In this document: positions 20,011 through 28,123 of the stretch, piece after piece
How the letters are laid out: every line of letters begins with the position of its first letter
How positions within the stretch are numbered: the first letter of the stretch is position 1
Virus record (IMG/VR): IMGVR_UViG_2880406838_000008
Origin: a virus
Taxonomy: Duplodnaviria > Heunggongvirae > Uroviricota > Caudoviricetes
Length of the DNA stretch: 41,210 nucleotides
Reading direction: 5' to 3' (one strand)
Notes under the pieces: generated by a model
Database searches by the model: none
Seen by the model: the letters and a program-made list of their open reading frames with translations, nothing else
What the model was told of the DNA's origin: nothing
Translations under genes and position numbers: made by a program

Positions 20011-21948
20011 TCAGCCGCCGGACGCACTGCCGTAGTTCACTCCGGTGATCACCGCCACCGCCGCGGTACGGCGACGACGCCAGTTGATCCAGCGCTCCGC
20101 ACGGATGGCCACGCTGCCTGTCTGGAACATGGAAACCAGCTCCACCGGGGACGGCGTGGTACTGTCGCCGGTCGGCTCAGACTGCATTTCCAGTGATGCT
20201 TCACGGGACATATCCACTGCCACGCCGCCGTCATCCGCCAGATAAATATCCGGGGCATTCACCAGCACCAGCTGGTCACCCACGTACTGGGAGACAATCA
20301 CCGGCAGCCCCTGGAAGGAGCCACCCAGCAGGGTCATGTCCGGGTATTCCTTCTGACCCAGCGCATTTTTACGCATGGACAGTGCCAGGGCATTGGTGCT
20401 GGACATCAGCCAGACCGCACCGGTGGGCTGCAGGTTTGCTGCCACAAACTGTCCAAACGCAGCCTCTGCATCCGCATCCGGGTTACCGGTTGATGCCGTG
20501 CCCTTCACATCATGGGTGATGGACGCCGGGGAGACATCTGCCACTGCGGCTTTTTTCGGGTCCACAAAGTCTGTATCCAGACGCGCCACCACCGCTTCCG
20601 CCAGCGCATTACGGACCAGTGCATCAGCAGCCGGACTGGAAAAACGGATCAATTCTTCCGTCAGTACCGCAATGGCCGACACTTTCGCATGACTGAAGGT
20701 GATGGATTCAAAATCAAACTTCGTCAGGGGTCTGGCCTTACCCTCACCCACCCAGCCGGCAGCACCGCCGGACACCTGGGCGTGCACACGGATATTGAAC
20801 GGCACCTGACGAAGTGCAGGGATCCCGCCCTGACCAAATCGCCCGATAATGGTCTGCGGACGCAGGTAATCAATAAAGTCCTGTGCGTATTCCTGATATT
20901 CAGACAGGCTGCCTGCCCACTGCGGATCCGTGGTGGTCCCCGCGCCCACTGCCGATTTCAGGACATGATGCAGACAACTGTCATCCGGATACTGACGACG
21001 GGCCACTTCCAGGGCTTCAGATCGGACGCCTTTAGCCGCAGCCAGCGATTTGGCAAAGCGGGCGAAGCCAATCCCCTTATCCAGTTTCTGCTCCACACGG
21101 ATCACCGGCGCAGAAGCCACCGCGGCCACATTCCCGTTACCGGCCTGTTTCACCGGCTGCGCCGTGGCGGCCTTACCGGCTTCCAGTTCACGCAGGCGCT
21201 TCAGGTGCGCATCCACCTGACGGATTTCCGCTGCGGTGTTGTCGTAGTGCTCTTCCTCCTCCACATCCAGCGTGCGCCCTTCCTCTGCGGCTTTGGTCAT
21301 GACCTCCTCAAGGGAGGCTGCCAGCGCTGCACGCTTGTTTTCAAAACTTTTAATCTGTTCGCCAATATTCATTATGGTCTTTTCCTTATGAAAAACGGTT
21401 GTTGACTGTGCCGCAGCGCCGGCAGAAGATGCGATTTTCACCACCGGTTTCCGGTTGCCGGACGCGGCAGAAAACGGGCGGTCGTAAGATTTAATGGTCC
21501 GGATGGTGCATTCCGCATTCGCGGGCACGGTGACGGCAGACACCTCCATCAGTTCCCAGCGCAGAAAATGCAGTCCGCCTCCGTCCAGAAAGGTGTATTC
21601 ATGGGGACGGAAGCCCACGGACAGCCCCCTGACCAGCCCGGTCTTAATGGCCGCCCAGACCTCATCCAGCCGGGCAGCCAGTTGCGACGGCATATCCGGT
21701 ACGGGCTTCACCAGTGTTGCCGTGATTTCCAGCCCTTCGCTGACCCGGCGTACCGTACACTGCCCCACCGGGCGGGAATGGTCATGCTGCCAGAGAAACG
21801 GGATCGCACTGCCAAACTCCGCGCCCTCCGGCTCCAGGATGTCACCATCCCGATCCGGAGAAGGCGTTGACGCAATCCCGGTGATCACCCGTTCATCCTC
21901 ACTGAAGGATTTCACCGTCAGCAGGGAACAGGCCCGTTTAAGAGTCAC
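20011..21948 (-). CDS. prohead protease - scaffold (delta) - major capsid protein fusion ORF, HK97-like
   Basis: 645 aa in one frame. N-terminus has protease motifs (ITGIASTPSPDRDGDILEPEGAEF, WQHDHSRPVGQ, GLSVGF); the middle is a charged coiled-coil segment; the C-terminal about 300 aa look like an HK97-fold capsid. Internal ATG at 21372 is preceded by an AAGGAAAAG RBS; AGGAGG RBS before the ATG at 21948. Confidence 0.75.
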   Translation of the reverse strand: MTLKRACSLLTVKSFSEDERVITGIASTPSPDRDGDILEPEGAEFGSAIPFLWQHDHSRPVGQCTVRRVSEGLEITATLVKPVPDMPSQLAARLDEVWAAIKTGLVRGLSVGFRPHEYTFLDGGGLHFLRWELMEVSAVTVPANAECTIRTIKSYDRPFSAASGNRKPVVKIASSAGAAAQSTTVFHKEKTIMNIGEQIKSFENKRAALAASLEEVMTKAAEEGRTLDVEEEEHYDNTAAEIRQVDAHLKRLRELEAGKAATAQPVKQAGNGNVAAVASAPVIRVEQKLDKGIGFARFAKSLAAAKGVRSEALEVARRQYPDDSCLHHVLKSAVGAGTTTDPQWAGSLSEYQEYAQDFIDYLRPQTIIGRFGQGGIPALRQVPFNIRVHAQVSGGAAGWVGEGKARPLTKFDFESITFSHAKVSAIAVLTEELIRFSSPAADALVRNALAEAVVARLDTDFVDPKKAAVADVSPASITHDVKGTASTGNPDADAEAAFGQFVAANLQPTGAVWLMSSTNALALSMRKNALGQKEYPDMTLLGGSFQGLPVIVSQYVGDQLVLVNAPDIYLADDGGVAVDMSREASLEMQSEPTGDSTTPSPVELVSMFQTGSVAIRAERWINWRRRRTAAVAVITGVNYGSASGG

Positions 21949-21960
21949 ATCAGCCTCCTG

Positions 21961-21986
21961 AAAATAAAAAAACCGCCGGAGCGGTT
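21961..21986 (-). terminator. putative intrinsic terminator between terL and the capsid gene
   Basis: Minus-strand hairpin AACCGC-tccg-GCGGTT followed by TTTTTTATTTT, directly upstream of the capsid gene RBS. Confidence 0.4.
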
Positions 21987-22011
21987 CGTGATGGTTACAG
22001 TGTGAACAGGG

Positions 22012-23673
22012 TTATATGAAAAAAACCGCATATTCTTTCTTTTTCGGTTCCGGGTTAAGGGACATCAGGGAGACCGCATTGAACAGCGCCATCAGCGGGT
22101 CAATTTTTCCCCGTCCGCTGGCCTGTTTGGTGATAAGAATGGCGTTACCTTTAGGCTCCACCCGGGCATTACCGACACACCAGGCCATCAGGGGCTGATC
22201 ACCGTGAATCAGCACCCCTTCAGCCAGTTTGCGCTCGGTGGTTTTGATGGCCCCGCCCAGCTTCCAGCCCTGGCTTATCCCCACCACACTCTCATCGGGG
22301 ATCCCGGCTTCCGCCAGTGAATCCAGAATCTGCCCCACACCTGACGGGTCAATACCGATATGATCCAGTAACTCAGCCTCATGAATACGACGCACATACT
22401 CCGCCACTTCCGCCGTGTCATCCCCGACCCGACGGACAATCGTCATGTCTCCACAGGCCACAAAATCCTGAAACCGGGATGCCTCACTCTTCCGTCTGAC
22501 CACCGCGGTTTCATGCACCCAGGCATGGCCCCAGCCCAGCCATTCGCGGGTTTCCCTGTCACGGCCAGTCACGTACATTCCCAGCAGATCATCCAGGCCC
22601 CCGCCGTCAATCCCCACCGTCACCACATCAGCGCGCTGCAGGATATCGTCCAGGCTGACGCGCCTGCCCTGCTGCTCCCAGAAATCCGCCCCTGCCCAGC
22701 GGTCAGAACGCAGGGCAAGACCGATTTCCACATTGGCGTGTTTTGACATGAAACCGCGGAAAGTCTCTTCCCCGGCTTCCCGGGCTTTACGATACTCCCG
22801 GTACAGAAAGGCCTCATCCACCGAATAACCGAGATTCGGGTTAACCATGGCGAGGTTTTCCATCAGCAGGTGCTCACCGCTCTCCACCATTTCAGGAGGA
22901 TGCTCAAAAATCACCGGCAGAAAGTGCGGATCATGAATTTTGCCGTCACGGACATCCCGGGCGTACTGCAGTTTCTGCCTGAACACCCCGGCAGGCGGTT
23001 CATTCGACTGGGTGGTTGTGTACACCACAAACCCTTCCGGACGTGAAGCCAGCCCGCCGATGGCTTCACGTAACATGTCCTCCGCTTTGTACTGCTTGCC
23101 AAACAGCCACAGTTCATCAATCAGTGTCCCCACGGACTTGATACCGGACACCGTATTCGGATCGGCTGCCACCACCTTCAGGGTGGTGTCCGTCACCCGA
23201 TGGGTGATGGTCCGGATATGTGTCTGCACCTGACAGAGGTCATCCAGATCATCGTCCCGTCGTACCATATCCCTGGCAGGGTTGAAGGCGTTAGCCGCCA
23301 CCTCCACGGTCGGGGCCAGAATGGTGTAGCCCGCCGCCTGCCGCCAGTTCAGTAACAGCGCCGTCATCATGATCCCCGCGGCCAGCGTGGACTTCGAGTT
23401 TTTCTTGGGGATAAGGATAAAAACTTCCTTGATATGGCGTACACCGGTCTGCGCATCGTAGGAGCCAAACAGGGCCGCCACCAGGTCAAACACCCACGCT
23501 GCACAGGACTCCCCGAATGTCGGGCTACCCGGTGCATCCACAATCCGCAGTTGTTTAAAAATCGCCAGTGCATGTGCAGCCTGGTCCGGATAAATCGGAG
23601 CCGGAATAATCGACAGCCCCTTTTTCAGGCGCTCTGCCCAGTCCGGACATGCCGTGCTCCACACAGGTATCAT
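22012..23673 (-). CDS. terminase large subunit (Terminase_1 / HK97-type)
   Basis: 553 aa; Walker-A-like PKKNSKST near the N-terminus; nuclease-domain blocks VTVGIDGGGLDD... and C-terminal ...ILITKQASGRGKIDPLMALFNAV. Confidence 0.9.
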   Translation of the reverse strand: MIPVWSTACPDWAERLKKGLSIIPAPIYPDQAAHALAIFKQLRIVDAPGSPTFGESCAAWVFDLVAALFGSYDAQTGVRHIKEVFILIPKKNSKSTLAAGIMMTALLLNWRQAAGYTILAPTVEVAANAFNPARDMVRRDDDLDDLCQVQTHIRTITHRVTDTTLKVVAADPNTVSGIKSVGTLIDELWLFGKQYKAEDMLREAIGGLASRPEGFVVYTTTQSNEPPAGVFRQKLQYARDVRDGKIHDPHFLPVIFEHPPEMVESGEHLLMENLAMVNPNLGYSVDEAFLYREYRKAREAGEETFRGFMSKHANVEIGLALRSDRWAGADFWEQQGRRVSLDDILQRADVVTVGIDGGGLDDLLGMYVTGRDRETREWLGWGHAWVHETAVVRRKSEASRFQDFVACGDMTIVRRVGDDTAEVAEYVRRIHEAELLDHIGIDPSGVGQILDSLAEAGIPDESVVGISQGWKLGGAIKTTERKLAEGVLIHGDQPLMAWCVGNARVEPKGNAILITKQASGRGKIDPLMALFNAVSLMSLNPEPKKKEYAVFFI

Positions 23674-24233
23674 CCGCTTTCCTCATTATCATTATTCACC
23701 ACCAGGCGGGGTGGTGGTGGCACCGCAAAACGGTTAGCCGCTTTTTTCGCCGCGTCACCTTTTGCCGATTTTTTACCGGCATCCCCTTTTTTGTGGTGCG
23801 TGAATTGCGCCAGCTTATAAGCCGCATCCAGCGCCAGCCTGGGGTCGGTATTAATGTTCTCCACCAGAAGACGCCCCATCGCTTTCACCGGATCGGGAAG
23901 ACCGTCCTCCATATACTCAATACCAGGAGATATCACCACGGGCGGTGGCATCTCCGGATTTGTTTCGTCCGGCTGTGGTATTGCAGCCGCCTCACGGCGA
24001 CGGGGTTTATCCTCCGGCTCTGATTTTTTCTGCCGGTAAACAGGAACCTCATCCACCTCCACCGTCTCGCACTGTTTACGGGCTATAAACGCAAGCACCT
24101 CCGGATCTTTTGCCAGCTGCGAGCCTTTAACCCTGGCTGTCTTCGCCGAATAACCGGCGGCAAGGGCTGACGCTGTTTTGTTTTTCCCGGACATGAGCGC
24201 CAGCGCAAATTTTCGTTTTTGCGTTGTCAGCAC
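23670..24233 (-). CDS. terminase small subunit
   Basis: 187 aa; basic N-terminal region with HTH-like segment, Pro-rich acidic linker, overlaps the terL start; directly downstream of the putative cos region. Confidence 0.7.
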   Translation of the reverse strand: MLTTQKRKFALALMSGKNKTASALAAGYSAKTARVKGSQLAKDPEVLAFIARKQCETVEVDEVPVYRQKKSEPEDKPRRREAAAIPQPDETNPEMPPPVVISPGIEYMEDGLPDPVKAMGRLLVENINTDPRLALDAAYKLAQFTHHKKGDAGKKSAKGDAAKKAANRFAVPPPPRLVVNNDNEESG

Positions 24234-24522
24234 AGCCTCCTCCCGGGTCCAGAACGCACTCAGCCGGGTATGGTTCAGCCCATTTTTCCCGGCGTCTCAT
24301 GCCGCAAATGTTAACTGCTGCCTGGTTAACATTTGCTGAAAAAGCCAGTTAACATTTTTTTCGCACAACAAACTGAATAATAAAGATAAAAACCGAAAAA
24401 ATGCCCGGGCAGCCAGTTAACATGTTAACTGGCCTGAAACAGGAATTTTTTCTCTGCATGAGACGGGGGGCGGTGTCCGGGGCGATCGTTTTTTTTCGCC
24501 GGATGATCCCCCCCGGGTCTGG

Positions 24523-24888
24523 TCACAGGCCAGTGATTCCGTCGGCCCTGAGCGTGCCATCAGGAAGCTCAGGCAACGTCGGATCAGGCATACCACTCGC
24601 CGCTTCACTCGCTGACTTCTGGCGATGGCATTCAGTACAGAGGGTCCAGAGGTTCGTCTCCTCATTACCACCACCGAACTGAAGTGCAATGCGGTGATCG
24701 AGTTCACTGTCACAGAGGTCAACCACGCGTCTACAGAGACAACAGTGTCCGGCATCCCTCCGCCAGATACGACGTTTGAGGGAAACCCGGGCACTGCCAC
24801 TGACACGACGCTGTTCACCCTTCAGAATATTCACCCGCCGGGTGTTCAGAGTTTTGATTCTGCCCGGTAACGTACGAAGCACAGCCAT
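24523..24888 (-). CDS. HNH endonuclease (terminase-associated)
   Basis: 121 aa with HNH/zinc motifs (HCCLCRR...DHRIALQFGG...NLWTLCTECH); adjacent to the terminase genes as in HK97-like cos phages. Confidence 0.8.
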   Translation of the reverse strand: MAVLRTLPGRIKTLNTRRVNILKGEQRRVSGSARVSLKRRIWRRDAGHCCLCRRVVDLCDSELDHRIALQFGGGNEETNLWTLCTECHRQKSASEAASGMPDPTLPELPDGTLRADGITGL

Positions 24889-24929
24889 GAAAAATCCTCG
24901 CCATATAGCTTGTCACCAGAGGAAAGAAA

Positions 24930-25157
24930 ATGTCATCGAAAAACCGGCCCCGCAGAACAACAACCCGCAACATCCGATTTCCAAACCAGATGATTGAACA
25001 AATTAACATCGCTCTTGACCAGAAAGGTTCAGAAAATTTTTCTGCGTGGGTCATTGAATCTTGCCGCCGGGAGCTGGCAGCAGACATAAAATATGCCCGT
25101 CAGTTGACTATAAAAAAGAATGATACACAGTATGCTCTGCGATGGCTGTTCATATAA
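24930..25157 (+). CDS. small basic protein, possibly DUF3950/YlcI-like
   Basis: 75-aa ORF on the opposite strand to the late operon; N-terminal RPRRTTTRNIRFPNQMIEQINIALDQKG resembles a ribbon-helix-helix-like motif I recall for YlcI-type proteins. Family assignment is from memory only. Confidence 0.4.
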   Translation: MSSKNRPRRTTTRNIRFPNQMIEQINIALDQKGSENFSAWVIESCRRELAADIKYARQLTIKKNDTQYALRWLFI

Positions 25158-25525
25158 CTATTTCTTTATATTGCTGAATTTATAAAAAATCACAGACATT
25201 AGCTGTATTAATTCCGAATTGAAATAATCAGCCATATAGAATAAAAATAAAGCATAACAATAATAATCTTCTACCCAATCAGTACATTACTGCTGTGACT
25301 CCAACACGGCAGTTTTTTTATTGAACAGATTCCAGTTTCTTCCACCATCGCACCGGACGGGCGACCATGAGGGGAGAACGCCGCGCTCCGTTTACGCGGT
25401 AAACCCCGGTGTGTATCGTTTTTGATTATCCCCGCACACTCTCGCAGAGGAGTCTCCCTGTCGGGCTGCGGTCTCTGTTAATGCAGGAATACGGCGACAA
25501 TACCGCGCATGGATAATAAGGTCGC

Positions 25526-25750
25526 TCAACACACTGGCTGTAATTCAGCGGATACCATTCGGCATTTATCAGTATTCATCACACACTCAACGGTGAATTC
25601 TTCATGCGTGGCATTCACTTCATATGTTCGTGAATAACATTCAGTGCATTTACCTCTGAACACCTCTTCAAGCAGAACACGGCCATGTTGCAAAACACGG
25701 AACGGAATTGTTCCCTGAAAAGGTTTTACCGTTACCTGTAATTTCTTCAT
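25526..25750 (-). CDS. small Cys-containing hypothetical protein
   Basis: 74-aa ORF whose start overlaps the Rz stop (translational coupling); function unknown. Confidence 0.35.
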   Translation of the reverse strand: MKKLQVTVKPFQGTIPFRVLQHGRVLLEEVFRGKCTECYSRTYEVNATHEEFTVECVMNTDKCRMVSAELQPVC

Positions 25751-26241
25751 ACATCCTCCGGATAATAAAAAGCCTGCTTAGTACACTGAGTGCGGATATA
25801 GTCCTGCGCCCCTTCCAGCTGCTTCTGCATTGTCATCAACCGTTCTCTGAGGATGAAATAATCCCGTTCAGCGGTGTCTGCCAGTCGGGGGCCGGTTGCA
25901 TTATCCACGCCGGAGGTGCCGGTGGCTTCACGCACGGTACCGGGGCAGGTGGCGTTGATCCGCAGGCGCTTACGACCAGCGGCAACATCAGCGCGCAGAG
26001 TTTCATTTTCAGCTCTCGCATCGGCTAATTCCCTCGAGTATCTGGCATCAAGTGCAGCAACATCACGCTGGCGCTGCTGCATATCAGTAATGGTTGCATT
26101 TGCCAGCTCCAGCTCACTGACTTTTTTATCGCGCTGCTCTTTGTAGGTTATGGCGTTATCACGGTAATGATTCAGTCCCAGACTAAGCGCACCACAGGCC
26201 ACCAGCAGGGCAATGATGACCACGCACAGTACGCGGTTCAT
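25747..26241 (-). CDS. Rz: i-spanin Rz
   Basis: N-terminal transmembrane segment (MNRVLCVVIIALLVACGALSL) followed by a charged coiled-coil periplasmic domain; contains the embedded Rz1 ORF in the +1 frame. Confidence 0.8.
   Translation of the reverse strand: MNRVLCVVIIALLVACGALSLGLNHYRDNAITYKEQRDKKVSELELANATITDMQQRQRDVAALDARYSRELADARAENETLRADVAAGRKRLRINATCPGTVREATGTSGVDNATGPRLADTAERDYFILRERLMTMQKQLEGAQDYIRTQCTKQAFYYPEDV
25836..26021 (-). CDS. Rz1: o-spanin Rz1 (lipoprotein, embedded in Rz)
   Basis: 61 aa; lipobox LVVSAC and Pro-rich body (CVKPPAPPAWIMQPAPDWQTPLNGIIS) closely resembling lambda Rz1. Confidence 0.8.
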   Translation of the reverse strand: MRELKMKLCALMLPLVVSACGSTPPAPVPCVKPPAPPAWIMQPAPDWQTPLNGIISSSENG

Positions 26242-26538
26242 TTCACCACCAGCGTATCTGACCAATGAAATAACCGGAAGCCATAATCACAAACACCCGC
26301 CAGATAAGGATGAACTTCCAGGTGGATAATTTTTCAGCCATCATTCGAATCTCCCGAATCAGTTTGCTAAAATCAAACACACTTTCTCCTTTGACTTTTC
26401 CGGAGTCAGGAAACACAAAACCCCGCTTGCGGTCAACAAACGGGCTTTTACTTTTATTCACTTAGTTTTTGCCAGTTCGCAGGATTTCGTGTTATCCGCC
26501 CGTGTGAGCAAACCGCATTTTTCAGCAAAATATTCTGC

Positions 26539-27072
26539 TTATCTGTCAATTCCCCAGCACGCCAGCGCGCTCTCCTGGTCACGCCGTGAGACCTGACCGT
26601 AGCAGTTGTTTGAGCGAATACGGCAGTCTCTGCCACCGTCCTTAATCCACCAGCGAATCGCCTCGCATGCTCCCCTGCGGTCACCAGCATTAATCCGTCT
26701 GTAAAACGTCGACGGGAAACACTTACCGGGGCCAATGTTGTACGGACAGAATGACGCAATCCCCGCTTTCTGGGGTTCGGTCAGTGGCACTCTGATGTTT
26801 TTCTCCACCCATGCCAGCGCCTTATCACGTTCAATGGCGTTAACCTGGTCGCATTTTTCCTTCGACAACTTCATGCCCGGGACGACAGGTTTACCATCCA
26901 CCAGGATGGCACCGCGGCAGATGGTCCAGATACCCGCACCATCACGGTATGCCGTGGTGTGGTTACCTTCTTTTTCGTCAAGAAACTGGTCGAGGATTTC
27001 AGGCGCAGACGCCCCTGCACCAATCAGCGCCAGAACGGCAGCCGACAGGCCGTATCTGATTTTTGCGTTCAT
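26539..27072 (-). CDS. R: SAR endolysin (phage lysozyme, P21 R-like)
   Basis: 177 aa; N-terminal signal-anchor-release segment (LSAAVLALIGAGASAP) then a lysozyme catalytic region (EGNHTTAYRDGAGIWTICRG). Confidence 0.85.
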   Translation of the reverse strand: MNAKIRYGLSAAVLALIGAGASAPEILDQFLDEKEGNHTTAYRDGAGIWTICRGAILVDGKPVVPGMKLSKEKCDQVNAIERDKALAWVEKNIRVPLTEPQKAGIASFCPYNIGPGKCFPSTFYRRINAGDRRGACEAIRWWIKDGGRDCRIRSNNCYGQVSRRDQESALACWGIDR

Positions 27073-27122
27073 GGATATTTATCAGGGTTTATCGATTTCA
27101 AATCCCTGGATATATTAAGTCT

Positions 27123-27470
27123 TCAGGCCAGCGGTGGAGTCTTCAGAGAACCCGTAATTATTCCCGGTAGTTTTCCTCTGTAGGTTATCAACACATCCTG
27201 CGCCTCTAAAATGATGGGCCGCTTTTCCGGCAACGGACCATCCCCTTCACATAACCCGGCAGCAACATCCATGAAAAACTGCTTCGCCTGCTTTTTCGCC
27301 TCAGCTTCGTAAAACTCCAGCGTGGCACCTTCAGTACGGTCAAGACTAATCGCCACATCTGGCAACAACAGTGACGGATACCCACCAATTTCCAGTGCCA
27401 CAGTAACAGTAATCTTATCCGGGTAATTATTTATCCCTTTAACAACCAGTTCGTATTTTTTCTTCATCAC
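27123..27470 (-). CDS. hypothetical protein inserted between holin and endolysin
   Basis: 115-aa ORF starting 2 nt after the holin stop; soluble, no transmembrane segment; not part of the canonical S-R-Rz cassette. Confidence 0.45.
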   Translation of the reverse strand: MMKKKYELVVKGINNYPDKITVTVALEIGGYPSLLLPDVAISLDRTEGATLEFYEAEAKKQAKQFFMDVAAGLCEGDGPLPEKRPIILEAQDVLITYRGKLPGIITGSLKTPPLA

Positions 27471-27471
27471 T

Positions 27472-27678
27472 TTACTCTCCCCGCACCGCCTTACGCCGGT
27501 CCTCTCTGATTTTGAAATACAGGTTAGTCAGATACGTCAGCAGGCCAAACAGCAGACTCCCCAGTACACCTATTGCCACCCACTGGGACGGAGAGACTTT
27601 GTCCAGCAGTTGCAGTAACCAGTATCCCGTCCCTACCGCTGACGTGGTGTATGACACACCTGTTGTGATTTTTTCCAT
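27472..27678 (-). CDS. S: pinholin (P21 S-like holin)
   Basis: Start at internal ATG 27678; 68 aa [68 protein letters not shown], two transmembrane segments and a charged C-terminus, closely resembling S21. Confidence 0.8.
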   Translation of the reverse strand: MEKITTGVSYTTSAVGTGYWLLQLLDKVSPSQWVAIGVLGSLLFGLLTYLTNLYFKIREDRRKAVRGE

Positions 27679-27854
27679 CTGATGTATGTCTCCGTCACCG
27701 CCGACAGAAAATGAAAGTAAAGGAAAACAAAAAGCCGCCAGTGTCACCCACTGACGGCCAACTCCGGGAGCCGTGATTATGGCATTCAGGCTCTGCTAAA
27801 AATGCCAGATAACATTCCGGCCCCCCTGGTTCAGGTTATAAATGACACAATATC

Positions 27855-27974
27855 TTGACAACATCCGTCACTGTCTGTCAGAAAATATACCGCCAGGCAT
27901 AAGTATCATGTGAAATCCAACTATCCTTTTGAGCCAGCACCTCCCCACCGAAAGTCAGTGCTGGCTGTTTTTTT
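27855..27974 (+). ncRNA. candidate small RNA unit 1 (TTGACA promoter element plus intrinsic terminator)
   Basis: TTGACA at 27855-27860 followed by ctgtctgtcagaaaat; downstream hairpin AGCCAGCAC-(17 nt)-GTGCTGGCT and T-run at 27932-27974; no ORF. Antisense to the late operon. Confidence 0.3.
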
Positions 27975-28022
27975 CCTTAATAAAGCATCTGTAACTGAAA
28001 CAATCCGCATATTGATAATATA

Positions 28023-28122
28023 TTGACAGGCATCATTGCTGTCTGTGAAAAATAAGTCTCTACAAACATACAAGGCCTTTTAGCCAGCGTCTTCTTTCAG
28101 GTCAGTCGCTGGCTCTTTTTTT
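28023..28122 (+). ncRNA. candidate small RNA unit 2 (paralogous to unit 1)
   Basis: TTGACA at 28023-28028 with the same ctgtctgtgaaaaat element; CA-rich body (ctctacaaacatacaagg); hairpin AGCCAGCG-(17 nt)-CGCTGGCT plus T-run ending 28122, abutting the nanS-p stop. Confidence 0.3.
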
Positions 28123-28123
28123 A

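Noticed and set aside
20193-21961. Plus-strand ORFs (108-297 aa) overlapping the capsid-protease gene
   Set aside because: Antisense to a gene with clear protease and capsid motifs.
26243-26461. 72-aa ORF between the endolysin and Rz
   Set aside because: Begins with GTG and lacks a convincing RBS; the only ATG-initiated portion is about 33 aa. Could be a small membrane peptide but support is too weak to call.
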